Shown piece after piece: positions 24,515 to 37,840 of a DNA stretch of 64,000 nt. The stretch's first letter is position 1. Every line of letters starts with the position of its first letter. Source of the DNA: Octopus vulgaris (lineage: Eukaryota); the NCBI GenBank assembly GCA_951406725.2, contig OX597835.1, positions 23,188,001 to 23,252,000 on the forward strand. The letters are read 5' to 3'. A model generated the notes under the pieces. The model did no database searches and had not been told where the DNA came from. It saw only the letters and a list, made by a program, of their open reading frames with translations. A program made the position numbers and the translations under genes.

Positions 24515-26553
24515 ATATATATATATCATCGTTTAACGTCTGTTTTCCGTGCTAGACATATATAGACACACACATATACATATATATATACACACACACA
24601 CAGATATATATCCTAGTTCAACTGACAATATATTACTGCATTAATAAAGTAGGAGACTCAACAACATCCTTATCAATTTACAATTTTTTTTCCCAAGCTT
24701 GCAACAGTACAAAGTTGTCAAAGCTTCACACTTCCTTATCATGTAACACAAACAACAGGGGGGGGGGGAATCCCGGTTAGAGGAGGAAAAGTACATCAAA
24801 TTAGTTTCTATTTTATTTTTTAAAATTTGTGCCAATAACAACAGTTTCTATACTCACAAGGAACCATTTCACTTTAATTATACTATAATCATTTTGGGGA
24901 GAGGCACACAAATCACAACTTCCTATTTTCCTTGTTACTATGAATCCATGTCCTCCAAGACTTCGTGCTCAACATCCCTAACATGAGAGTTAAATCAATT
25001 ACTGATCTGAACAAAAGAGAGAGAGAACTTCTATGTAGCCGTTCAATTGGCTGGAAATAACAGCTAATTTCCTTAAATAAAGAGACACATTAACTACTAA
25101 CGCACACATGTACCTAAAAAGATATGATAGGCATGGAATGCTTCTCATCATAGGCTCATGGATCAGAGTTTGACCTGGGGTTAAACAACAACGTATTAAT
25201 GAACCCTATACATATGGGCTCCCTTAAATCTTTATGTTGTCACTTGACCTCCTAGAAATAGCAGCTGGCTCAAGTCAGAACCTAATAGTTCATAGACCAG
25301 GGAAGGAGATATTGAATAATGCAGTTCTACAATGATGGAATAGCTGCAATACCTTTAAATATAAGGCTGATCAATCAGCACTGACCTATGGCTAATCAAC
25401 AACTTAATAAACCTACATCTCTGCCACTCCAACTCTGCATGCCATATTCACACTATTTCCCAAAATTGTATCCTCTAGGAATTCCCCAGCTTTACAATTG
25501 GGTTTTTCTGTCCAGTACTTCAGACTGAATATTAGCTAAACCTACAATGAAATCCTTATACAATTTCCTGTTAGCACTTAGTCAAAACTGTTCATAACTT
25601 TGGTAAAGACAGTTTTAACGTATAGCTCTGAAACCCAGAAAATGGCAAAAGGAGAAAACAAAAAGCAAGATGTATTCCTGACCAGATGTCTGAAGCAGAT
25701 ACTTAAAACACAGTAGCAAAACCAAATAAAGGACAACTCCACATTCCTTAAGAGGACTAGAATGGAAAGCATGGGCAGTGAAGTACATTGGACACATCCT
25801 GAGAAAAGATCACAATGATAACTGTATGACACGGATCCCTGAACAAAGTAGGAATCTTAGAAAACCCAAGAATGCCTGGAGAAGAACTGTTGGAAAAGAG
25901 AAGCAGGCTGGTTGGTGTATGGGAGAAATAAAACCAGGTGTGAACCACAAATAGAAAGTTGGAACAAATATTGCAAGGTATCCTATTTGATGCTGCCGGT
26001 TTTACCAGTCCTGGTACATACATCCTTATTGATCCAGAAGGATGAAAAGTTAATATGGTGAGATATGAAATCTGAACACAATCTAGAATAAATGCTGCAA
26101 GGCATTTCATCCAAACACCATAAGTTTCCGTCATTGCTGCGACAGCATGGCTTGTATGGTTAAATGACACCAAGAACCATACCAGTGGAATGCAAGCTCC
26201 TGGTAGAACCTCCCATGCTAGACAGATCAAAGGACAGAGACCAAACTAATATGGACCACCTCTTTCCAGAAGTAAAAATGGGTTTGTATTGTATCAACAG
26301 CCCCATCTGGAAAAAAGCACAAAGTTACAGAAGCATCAATGACAATTCAAAACCAAGGAAATGTGACGAAAGCCGTCCCCTGGGGAAAACCTACAATATC
26401 TTATATATAGACATAGTACATCAAGGATTATCATTACAATGAGGCTTTCCTATTTCAAGAAGGTCTAGCAATAGGGTAGAAGATCCCTTTATTTACTAGA
26501 TGTAAAAAGGCTGTAAATAAGGGTGCATATACTTTATTAAACCTAAATAAGAG

Positions 26554-26715
26554 ATTATTTATATTCGATGGATATTTGACCTCATCTTGTTTGTTGTTAG
26601 CACAACGTTTCAGCTGATATACCCTCCAGGTATTTCAGCCAAAACGGATGAGGACAAATATCCATCGAATATAGATAATGTACATAATTCCTCATCTCTT
26701 AAATATAGAACTGTA
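26554..26715. repeat. Penelope-like palindrome with hammerhead 3' half
   Basis: Arms 26554-26622 and 26629-26679 (right arm internally deleted). Minus strand reads GGTATATCAGCTGAAACGTTGT. Confidence 0.6.
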
Positions 26716-27840
26716 CTAAATAAGAGAGTAGTTCGTGGAACCTTCACCAGCCATAAGATTCAAAAGGTTTGTTTATTGTTTAGCTTTCGACCAAAGTTAG
26801 CCCAGCAGAACTATAAAGAAAGGCATTCCCAGTTTATTACTCTTCCATAATTTTATCCATTTTTTCCCCCCTTGTAATTTGAGGTAATGCTATTCTGAGC
26901 AACTGTATAGTGACTTTTTGTAGGAAGATTCAGTTAATATTCAGTTTGAAGTAGAGGACGAAAGGAAAAACCCGACTGCTGAGTTGGTGGAAATTCCGAA
27001 AGATATAATTTTATGAAATGATCCAATGACTCAAAAGTAAATAAAAAGTTTACAGAGTGAAATAAGGCAGAATGTCATGAGGAAGTGAGGTAGGGGAGAA
27101 ACATGGCATTTTGATAAGAATTTCCTTGGATGGTTATCATTTAACACCAGGTCAGTTTTGAATGAGCAGGCCTATCATTAAAAGTGTTCCAGCCATGACC
27201 ATGTCATTTTTTTCCAAGACAGCACATCTAGGATTTTAATGTATCCTTGCTTTAAAATACTATGGTGATATATGGGAGATTTAGCTACTATTTTTAACAT
27301 GTTGAATAACTACCTAGAAGGTCCCTCGTTAATAACTTTGGTTAATGGGCAATCGGAGAAGCTAACTCTGGCCACATTCTTTGTTTCAAATTGCTGATTC
27401 CAGTCCAAATGCATGAAGTGACGCCTTGGCTGAAAACTGGCAGACAGCCATTTGCTTAAAGTCATCATCCTCATCACCGTTTTTATATTTCTTTTTCCAT
27501 GTTTGCATGGTTTGGACAAATTCTCTCCAACCCAGCATCCTAACAATTGTTGGATTCGTTTGTTATCTCCTCTGTGAGGTCCATCTACCAGAGATCAGCC
27601 TTCACTCCATCTACCCAAGCCTTCCTTGCTCTTCCTCTTCTACTGGTTCCTATGATGTGAAACTCCTAGCACTTCTTCACCAAAATGTTGTCATTTATAC
27701 ATATTACAAGTCCATACCAACAAAGCCATTTCTCTTATTACTTAAGAAGACAGATATGAGTGTGTGTATAAAGTTTAGGTTAGTTAAAATATGTTTGTGA
27801 CATATTTAAACTGCTAAAAAGCAAATTTCATTACAGTTAT

Positions 27841-28082
27841 ATCATCATCATCATCATCATTTAGCGTCCGTTTTCCATGCTAGCATGGGTTGGACGGTTC
27901 TACTGGGGTCTGTGAAGCCAGAAGGCTTCATCAGGCCCAGTCAAATCTGGCAGTGTTTCTACGGCTGGATGCCCTTCCTAATGCCAACCACTCCGTGAAT
28001 GTAGTGGGTGCTTTTTACGTGCCACCCGCACAGGTACCAGACAGAGCTGGCAAACGGCCACGAACGGATGGTGCTTTTTATG
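27841..28082 (-). mobile_element. Family A (RTE 3' UTR) copy
   Basis: (ATC)n tail followed by the reverse complement of the family-A body. Confidence 0.8.
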
Positions 28083-30465
28083 TTACGGTACTTGCAAGAC
28101 ACTAAATTTCAGGACGGAACATCTGATGAACATCAAGAGGAAAGCATCAAATTCATTTAGTTTCAGTATCTCCTCTGGTTACATACAACAAACACTCTTT
28201 GAGGACTTTATTGAGTTTGGAACAGGTAGTCTCATTCAGTCTCATTCACTGGCAGTTGTTCAAAGAAATGAAGAGGTTTTCCAATCTCGAATCGCATGAA
28301 AACTGGAGTCCAACTCCTCCGGCAATGAACACATCACTAACGTCAACCTATAAATGAAGAAGCTTTTTCTGTACTGATCCCAACAATAATTGCTCTACTT
28401 GTCCAATGAAGAAGCAAACTTGATTCAACTCCAAAATGACTACACATTTTTCTTAAGCAAGAACAGGGAGAAGTGTGTGGTTAAGTAAGACGTGTACTTC
28501 ACAATCATGTGGTTTCAAGTTTAGTCCCACTGCACAGTAGCTCAGCCAAGTGTCTTCTATGGCTCTGGGCTGACAGTCAATTTGAAGAATGGAAATTGTA
28601 TAAAGTCCACCATACATATAGGTGAAGACATTGTTACGTAGTTAAGCAATTTGCTTCCCAACTACATGGTTCCAGGTTCAGGCCTACAGTATGGCATCGT
28701 GAGTAAGTGTCTTCTATAGCCTCAGATTGGATCAAAATCTTGTGAGTGGATTTGGTAGATGGAAACTGCATGAAAGGGAGTGATTTTACTTACATACAGG
28801 CTCGTCTTTTGAGGTGCCAGTGTCATATATATATGAAAACACATGATGGGTTTCTTTCAGTTTCTGTCTACCAAATCCATTCACAAGGTTTTGGTTAGCC
28901 TAGAGCTAGCTATAGAAGACACCTGCCCAAGGTGCTACACAGTGGGACTGAACCCTAAGCCATGTGGTTGGGAAGCAAATTTCTTACCACACAGCTACAC
29001 CTGCATAACCAAAATATTAGAAACTGTAGTCAATCAATGTAATTCTGCCAGTTTCATAGATGAGGTTGCAACCAAGCATCTATCATTCCCAAAATTTTGG
29101 CCTAGCAACTTAATTTTTAACCAACTGGTTCTTCATTTTTCTGTATTTCACATATCTCCTTAATTTGCATGAAGAGGTACATTTAAATGTTTCACTTAAC
29201 TCGTGTTCGGTAATCCTGGGCCATGATTTCTTAAAATGGATATTTGCACTCATGTCAGTGTTCACTGGGAACAAACTGGATCAGCAGCAGTATCATGAAA
29301 TGAAGCCAACTAAACTCAGCAATCCCAGATATCTAAAGTGGAGTTTGTCCACCAGTTACCATGCCAACAGCCGACGTCATATCTGTAGGCAGGAGTGAGT
29401 GTATAGATAAGAAGTTTGCTTTCCAACCATGTGATTTTAGGGCAAGCCTCAGCAGCCTCAGGCCAATTAAAGCCTTGTGAGTGGATCTGGTTGACAGGAT
29501 CTGAAAAATCCCATCTTGTGCATGTGTGCGTGAGCCTTTATCTTGACATCATGTGATGGATGTAAACACACATCAATGTCCTGCAAGTGATGTTCATTTC
29601 CAGTCTTCCATCAAAAACATGTCTGGATATGGGGAAAAGGATTGTCGACAGGAAGCAAATCCAGCTGGAAAAACATCTGCCTCAACAAATTTCTTCTGAG
29701 CCATGCAAGCATGGAAAAGCATATGTTAAATTATGATGAGAATTGTACTAAACCATGCTTTCAACTGTCCACTGCCATCCCAGATGGTACTCTGGTATAA
29801 CTGCATCAGATATGAATTCACGCCACGGATGATGGACTGCATGACCAAAGCAACACTTATACTTGAACTCAAATCATTAAAAAAAAAAAAAAAATCTGTT
29901 TCTTGACTTCTACCTACGCTGGTGGACCCCACCCCTTTGTCTTTCTCACATCTATACAATTACTTGAAACCAACTGTTACCTAAATGCTATTGGTTTTTC
30001 TTCGCTTATCCTTCTGTCATAGAAAAACATTAGGACACTAAGACAATAAAATATGATTAAAGGGAGATCTGACCGTTTTATTGTTGTAGTGAAATGGTAC
30101 ACCCCTTCCCACATGGCAATATAAAGTCAGACAGTCAGTAGTTGTAGATTCATTGTACAAGTTTATCAGTTGGAGTCAGTGTCAGTTATGTGATTTATAC
30201 AAGTTCAACTGACTGTCAAGGTAAATGTTTCAAAGTCATTGTCTTGCGGTGATAGCACAATAGCTGAGTCAAAGATTGTGGCAGAATACTGCCACAATAT
30301 AATAATGTCAACAAGAATATTACAGTGCCAACAACAACATACAAGTGGACAAGGATCCACATTATAACATTTATCAAGGCAATTTGAGAGAGAATCGAAT
30401 TCAAGTTTACTTATTGGTACTAATTTTATCAACTCACTAGATAGTTAAAACAAAAAGGCAAACTA

Positions 30466-30496
<31 letters not shown>

Positions 30497-30499
30497 TAA

Positions 30500-30755
30500 A
30501 AAAAGGGTCAAGACCACCTTTGGTCATGAATGACCATAGGATTGCATCTAGAAAGTTACCCTCTGAAGCACATGTCCACACAAAGTTGTTTGTGGAAGAC
30601 CAACAGTCACCCATGCATACCAGCCTCTCGTGAACTGGAGCAATGTGAAATAAAGTGTCTTGCTTAAGACCACAACACAAAGCCTGATCCAGGAATCAAA
30701 CTCACTATCTCATGATTATGAACCCAACATTCTAACCATTGAGCCATGTACCTTC
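30500..30755 (-). mobile_element. tRNA/CORE-type SINE family G (second copy 40060-40400)
   Basis: Head TGGCTCAATGGTTAG...GAGTTTGATTCCTGG, core AAGCAAGACACTTTATTTCAC, tail GGCTGGTATGCATGGG. Confidence 0.65.
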
Positions 30756-30770
30756 ATGAAAAGATTAGCA

Positions 30771-30842
30771 TTCCCATGCCAGGAATTGAACCTGGGATGC
30801 CTGGGTGAAAACCAGGAAACCTAACCACTAGACCACATGTGA
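30771..30842 (-). pseudogene. tRNA-Glu(TTC), probably a pseudogene
   Basis: 72 nt: TCACATGTGGTCTAGTGGTTAGGTTTCCTGGTTTTCACCCAGGCATCCCAGGTTCAATTCCTGGCATGGGAA. Anticodon arm CCTGG-TT(TTC)AC-CCAGG, A/B boxes present, TTTT 8 nt downstream. One acceptor-stem mismatch and no CpGs left. Confidence 0.8.
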
Positions 30843-31244
30843 GTGATGAACATAAGCCAAATATAACAATAGTGGACAAGCAAAAGCAAATTTGCTTACT
30901 GATTGATCCACCATACCTATTTGAGTCCAGGATAATGAAGAAAGAAAATTTTTTTTTAAATACAACCCCTTGAAATGTGAAATACAAAATCTACCTATGA
31001 TAATTTGTGCATTAAGGATTGTAACAACAAAGACAAATGGTTAAAGGAGATTGGAATGTCCTGTAGAAGCTCTACAGAAGGTTTGTCTCTGAGGAACAGG
31101 AAAGATCATCAGAACGGTTTTGAGCATTTGATAGCCTATTGAAATCATGTGGCTATCTCAGGTTACTGGTAGTAACCCACTAACCGCATAAATTCTACCA
31201 AGAATAAGACCAATCCTGAATCAAGCTGAGTAATAACAACGACA

Positions 31245-33330
31245 ATGGTTTCAAATTTTGCTACAAGGGTAACAATTTTGGGAGAGGAGATGAGTTGATT
31301 ACATCAACCCCAGTGTTCAAATGGTACTTATTTTATCAACCCCAAAAGGATGAAAGGTAAAGTCAAGCTTGGCAGAATTTGAACTCAAAACGCAGTGATG
31401 GGCGAAATACCGTTAAGCATTTTGGCCAGCATGCTAACAATTCTACCAGCACGCCACCTTAATGATAATGATAACAATAACGGATCCAAATACTGGCACA
31501 ATGCTAACAAATTTTTTGGGGGTGGGGTGAGTCAGTTACACTTGCCCCAATGCTCAACTGGTACTTATTTTAACAACTTCAAAAAGGATGGAAGGCATAG
31601 TAGACCCTAGTAAAAAGTGAAATCAGAATGTAAAGAGCCACAAGAAATGCCACTAAACAGTTTGTCCGAAATGCTAACAATTCTGTCAGCTACCATACTA
31701 ATAATTGCTTCTAATAGCGGCATGGTGCTTCAAATTCGGAGGAAGGGGTTTGTTCATTCCTTGGACCCCAGTACTTAATTGGAATATATTTTATTGCACC
31801 CAAAAGGATGAAAGGCAAAACTGACCACAGCAAAATTTCAATGTCCAACGTGCTAATGATCGTGATAGCCAGCTGCTCGATTGGTAGTACTAATTCTTTC
31901 TGCTATAGTCGCAAGACCTGAAACTTTGGGGGACAGAGCTGAGCAATAACATCAATACCAGCACTTGACTGGTAATTATTGACTCTGAAAGCATAAAATT
32001 CTTGGCAGAATTTGAACTCTGAACATAAAGAGCAGGAAGAATTGCCTCTAAGCATTTTTTCTGGTGCTTGAACAATTCCGTCAGCTTACCACCTAATAAT
32101 AACAATAATTTTTTATAGAGAAACACAATTTAGGGGAACAATATAGTCAGTTACATTGATTTCAAATTTTTGGAACAAAAACAGCAATTTCAGGGGGAAG
32201 GGCAGGTTAAGTCAATTACATCGACTCCCAGTGTTTGGCTGGTACTTATTTTATAGACCCCGAAGGGATGAAAGGCAAAGTCGACCTCTGCGGAGTTTAA
32301 ACTCGGAACGTAAGACAGATGAAATGCCACTAAGCATTTTGGCTGGCATGCTAACAATTCTGCTAGCTCACTGCCCTGGTATAATCAGTTATATCAACCT
32401 CCATACATGATAGTTCAAATTTCTAGAAACAAAAGACGAAGACAGGTGTAGGAGCAACAAGCAGGTGTATTAGTTTAACACTCGGGAAAAATAGAAAAGT
32501 CTTTTATGTTTCAAGCCTATGCGCTTTGACAGAAAGGATCAAGAGGAAAAAAATAGAGAAAAAAATGTGCAGAATTCAACAGTCCATCATGGCGAGATGA
32601 TTGCATGATAGATACTTATCTTAATCGACCCCAAGAAAAAGATGAAAGGCAAACTCAATATGTAATAAACATAATAACAATAGTTTCTAATTTAAGTACA
32701 AGGTCAGTATTTTTTGGAGAAAGGGTTAATCGATTACCTCAACCCCTTCCCCCTCACCGCACTTGTCTTGTAACTTTATCAGTCTTGGCAGTCTGAACTC
32801 AAATCCTGTTGAAGACAACAGGATCTGAAATTAGAGGGTTAAGAACTGGAACAAATACCATAAAGTACTTTGTTCGAAATTAACCTTTCTGTCCTGAACA
32901 ATGATTTCTGACTTAGATATAAAAGGCCATCAATTATGACGGGAAGGCGTCGGTCTACATTACATCAATCCCACTACTTTGCAAGTAGTTTATTTTATCG
33001 ACAGTGGAGGAATGAAAGACGAAGTTATCCTCTCCCCGACAGAATTTACATTCAGACAGTAAAAGCCAGGAAGAAATATAGCAAGGCATTTTAGCTGTTT
33101 GTTTTAATGATTTTAACAATCCACCCACCGTTCCTAATACGCCCTTTTTTTTTCTTTTCTTTCTCTCCTAATGAGTACAAAACCAGATATTTCAGGAGTG
33201 TGAGGGAACAGAACTAAATCGATTCTGATACTTAATGGTACTCCTTTTACCGATCTTCGATTCCTGAAAAGCAAAATCGGACTGGTTTGGGATTTGAACT
33301 CGGAACATAAAGGTCCGTAACCAAATTACT
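31245..33330 (-). mobile_element. Cluster of about 10 decayed SINE C copies, all on the minus strand
   Basis: Recurring GGTACTTATTTTATC...AAAGGATGAAAGG...TTTGAACTC motifs separated by (AAT)n tails. Confidence 0.75.
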
Positions 33331-34101
33331 GACGTTGATCAAAAAAAAAAGAACCTTCAACAGAAAAGTTCCTAGAAGTGGTTAGTAGTAGTAGTACAAT
33401 AAACACGACACCGGCAAATGAACTAAAGCTGATATGGTGAGCTTTCAGTCGATGATACTAGCAACAGAAATCACAAGAGTGAGTCTTTCTAAAGGTGAAA
33501 AACTTTTAAGAGTGGACACTCACACAAATATATAGATGTGTACGTAATTATATATGTTAGCGCGCACGTACACATCTGTATGTGTTTGTTAGACAAATAT
33601 AAACAATATATATAAAAAGGTGCAGGTAAATCTAAGAGTGTGAAGGTGGGGAACGACACACATACACACACACATTTTACTTCCATGTTTTCTGACTGAT
33701 TACTATTATTATTTACTCCTACACCCACACATGTCTAGACGGCTTCACAACTTGTGTCATGGATGAAATAATAACGTTCAGAAGGAAACAACAGTTTACA
33801 AAAACCACAAAAACTCCGGAGCTTGACGCGAAAGAGTTCGGTGTTTGTTGAAGAAAGAGAGAGAGAGAGACATTTTGACGCCTCTTCTGCTAATGGCTAT
33901 ATTATTACAGCGAGAGGGCGGTAGGTTGGCAGAATCGGTAGAACGTCGGACAAAATGACATGTGGGTATTAGTTATGTCCCCTTTACATCATAAGTTCAA
34001 CTCCCGCTATGATCCAATATACTTTTCTTTCTGGGATCGTCACACCCACACACCCATATATATATATATATAATTACATACCCATCTAGGATGCGGTAAG
34101 G

Positions 34102-34181
34102 CAGTGGTTATCTACCATTTTTTTTGTCTATGGACCCCCTCTGATTCTTATATTACTCTATTGGACCTTCATAGCCATTCG

Positions 34182-34216
<35 letters not shown>

Positions 34217-34349
34217 ACTGTATTTGTATAATTAAATATTATTACAAACTGTATTTTAAAAAATTAAAATACTTTGTGTATTGTAGAAGTAACTTATTGC
34301 ACATAAACTTTAGCAAGATCTTATATGGAGCCCGGATTAGAACCACTGC
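34102..34349. mobile_element. hAT (Charlie-like) MITE
   Basis: TIRs CAGTGGTT / AACCACTG with TATGGACCCC subterminal repeats; longer copy at 59906-60470. Confidence 0.65.
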
Positions 34350-35569
34350 TTTAGGGAGGGGTATTAGATCTTGAATTCAATATTTGGCAAATATTTATTT
34401 TATGGGACCCGGAAAAAATCATAAGTGAACGTCGTAATTTGAACTCAGAAGATGATAAAATATCGATCAAATATTGATATTGATCAAGTAGTGATCGATA
34501 CAAGCAATCGATTAAACGCTTTCCTCTCTCGAAACATTTGTGGCTTTATACCTGAAGACGAAATCATTATTTAAGAACAATAATAACTGATTTCTAACAC
34601 GCTACAAGATGGGTGGTGGAGTAAAATACAAAATACCATATTTAATCACGACCCGAGATCAAATCCTATATCGCCTTCCAACCTAACAAGAGTGAATAAA
34701 ATAGAATACTAATTAAATATATCAGTCAAATGACTGAAACAAGTAAAAAGGATAAGAGTATATCTACTAAAACCTATTCCATAAAATATATGAGAAGTTA
34801 TTCACAAACCAGTATTTACGAAGATTTTAGATTTTTAAAAAATACCACTAATTGACTGGTGTCTTTATTTTACTGACCTCGAGAGTATAAAAGGCAAAGT
34901 TGACCTCGACAGTATTTGAACTCTGAACGTAAGGAGCACTGACTAAAATCACGCCAGTCGTTTTGCTGTGACGCTTGTGTCAGTCTAGTATAAATATATA
35001 TGATTCTCTATGGTGTTGCAAGTTCTTTTTTGTTTGTTTGTTTTTTGGTGGGGAGGGAGACATACATGTCATATGGGTGTATATATCCATGCACAAGTCC
35101 AATTATATATCTATATCTATATATATATGCGCGCGTGGTATACGTAAATCCCATCTGTCAATGCACGTACGTAACCACCGATTTTTGCGTATCCATTATT
35201 GTTGTTTGTTGTCAATGCGTGTGTGTGTGTGTGTGTGTGTCTGTACGAATTACACGGGTATCTGTTTACTTCTCTCTGCCTCCTCACCTGTCAATCAGTG
35301 TGTATAATTCACTCCCACCACGATCCTTAATATCACCCACATACAACACACAACACAAACTGTGTTTCTGTGTCAATGCGTGTTCAACCTACACCGACAC
35401 ACACACACACACAGACGAATAATAAGACAAAACACGAACACACCTAATATATGTTTCTTCTTCATGTATGTCAATGCATGCGTGTTTGTGCGTGTTTACT
35501 GTGATTTGCAGATGTATTCCTGTGACGATGTCTTTGTGTCGATGTGCTAGTTAATACGTATTTTAATTC

Positions 35570-35606
<37 letters not shown>

Positions 35607-35647
35607 TACATATTAATGTGAGTATACGTGCGCGCAGTGATTGTAAC

Positions 35648-35830
35648 TATTCTATATCTGTGTCGAAAACTGTATGTTTAATGTATCCTCCAGTCGTATG
35701 CACATACAAACATATATAAATATATATATATATATATACACACATATATTCTATATCTGTGTCGAAAAGTGTGTTTAATGTATCCTCCAGTCGTATGCAC
35801 ATACATATATAAAATATATATATATACACA
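35648..35830. repeat. Local tandem duplication (about 99-bp unit, 2 copies)
   Basis: TATTCTATATCTGTGTCGAAAA...TTTAATGTATCCTCCAGTCGTATGCACATACA occurs twice. Confidence 0.85.
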
Positions 35831-36058
35831 CATATATTTGTCTATGTGTGTGCGTGTGTGATGCTTTATGTATTTAAAAACTTATATATATATTATGTAT
35901 ATATACATACAGACACATAAATACATATATACATATATAAATACATTTACACATATAAATACATAAATACATTTACACATATAAATACATATATACACAT
36001 ATATAAATACATTTACACATATATATACATATATATACACTATAATTTATACATGCAT

Positions 36059-36089
<31 letters not shown>

Positions 36090-36562
36090 TATGTATATAT
36101 ACATACACACACACAGATACACATATATAAATGCACTTACACATATAAATACATATATACACATATATAAATACATTTACACATATATACACTGCATAAT
36201 TTATACACACGCTACACATACATATTATATACGCATACACATTTTATATATATATATTATGTATATATACATACACACACATAAATACATACATACACAT
36301 ATATAAATACATAGATACATATATAAATACATATATACACTATAATTTATACACACGCTACACATACATATTATACACGCATACACATTATATATATATA
36401 TACACTTCTACACAGTGCTTGATTCTCTTTTTTTTGTTATTTTTTTTTTTTAATTTGTTAATTAAGTAAATTCCAAACCGAGACGCAAGACTTGTAATAA
36501 CAACAGTAACAGCGGAAGAGCTGGAGAGACGAGATAACAATGGACGGGGAAGAATGTCTTAC

Positions 36563-36700
36563 CTAAGAAGAGTTTGCAGAAGTAAAACGGCTGATGCTCC
36601 ATCAAACATTAAAGCCAGCCACAGCAAAAAAAACTCCACGCAAAAGTTTTCAAGAATTTTCTGTCATCCAACATCGACGATTTAACATGGCCGGTGAGTG
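36563..36700 (-). other. Probable non-coding first exon (5' UTR) of the TAB2-like gene
   Basis: Unique sequence in a CpG-retaining region, ending in the strong donor TAG|GTAAGA (36562-36557), directly downstream of NRF1/ETS/YY1-like motifs. The TSS position is approximate. Confidence 0.55.
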
Positions 36701-36740
36701 TAAGCAGTGCGCATGCCTCGTGGAAAGGCTTCCGGTTCCA
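36684..36740 (-). promoter_or_regulatory. TATA-less housekeeping-type promoter motifs
   Basis: YY1-like CGGCCATGTT (36693-36684, minus), NRF1-like TGCGCATGC (36708-36716) and ETS CCGGAAG (36735-36729, minus) clustered within 55 bp. Confidence 0.55.
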
Positions 36741-36831
36741 ACTTCTTCAAAGAAAAACAACACAGCTAAACTTAGTATAAGGTGTTAGTGGATGTAATAT
36801 ATGCGTTTAAAATGCCACATTAACTTCATGC

Positions 36832-36876
<45 letters not shown>

Positions 36877-36878
<2 letters not shown>

Positions 36879-36985
36879 TTATTTTATAGAAGGAGCTTCT
36901 ACAGGACTAGAACTGTTTCATTCAAATGGATTTCATTTGAATGAAACAGTTCTAGTCCTGTAGAAGCTCCTTCTATAAAATAAAT
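36877..36985. repeat. Perfect 52-bp inverted repeat with 5-nt loop (Penelope-like)
   Basis: 36877-36928 is the exact reverse complement of 36934-36985; loop GATTT; right arm contains TGAAACAGTTCTA and ends in AATAAA. Confidence 0.9.
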
Positions 36986-37237
36986 TAATTTACTCTGCAA
37001 TGTATTGAGTACCTTATTTACTGTGGTTAACCCCGACTCAACCCGGGACCTACATACATATATATAAATATATATATATACATATATAATATATATGAGA
37101 GGAAAACAACTAGTCTCATCTCTCTGTAACATAGATGTATATACACATATATAATACACACATATAGATAGATATGGGGGTACAAACAGAATAAATAGAA
37201 ATCAATATATCAGTAAATATATTTTCTATTAATATTC

Positions 37238-37347
37238 AGCAGAAGAAACAGAGTGACTCAAGGGCCGAAAGTTTCACGCATTAACACTTATCAATAAGTG
37301 CCAACGCACGAAACTATCGCCCCTTGAGTCACTCTGGTACTTCTGCT
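37238..37347. repeat. Imperfect Penelope-like palindrome
   Basis: AGCAGAAG..CAGAGTGACTCAAGGG..GTTTC..CACTTAT ca ATAAGTG..GAAAC..CCCTTGAGTCACTCTG..CTTCTGCT. Confidence 0.7.
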
Positions 37348-37619
37348 CTCTCTCTCTCCATATATATATATATATATATATATTATCATTTAACGTCCAA
37401 TTTCCAGTGCTTGCATGAGTTGGACAGAGTTTAGAGGAGATTTTCCACGGCTGGATGCCTTTCCTGTCTCCAACCTTCACCAGTTATCCCAGCAAGTTAA
37501 CATTTCTCCTATGGCCAGACATGTTCTTGCAGAATATTGGAAATGAGTGATACTGTTTTTTGATAGCGACTATCATTTACTACTACCACACAATGTCAAT
37601 ACAAAGATACACACACATA

Positions 37620-37840
37620 TCATCATCATCATCATCATCGTTTAGCGTCCGCTTTCCATGCTGGCATGGGTTGGACGGTTCAACTGGGGTCTGGGAAGCC
37701 AGAAGGCTGCACCAGGCCCAGTCTGATCTGGCAATGTTTCTACGGCTGGATGCCCTTCCTAATGCCAACCACTCCATGAGTGTAGTGGGTGCTTTTTACG
37801 TGCCACCTGCACAGGTGCCAGACAAGTCTGGCAAACGACG
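37620..37840 (-). mobile_element. Family A (RTE 3' UTR) copy flanked by a 72-bp direct repeat
   Basis: 37549-37620 is duplicated at 37841-37912 with 4 mismatches. Confidence 0.85.
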
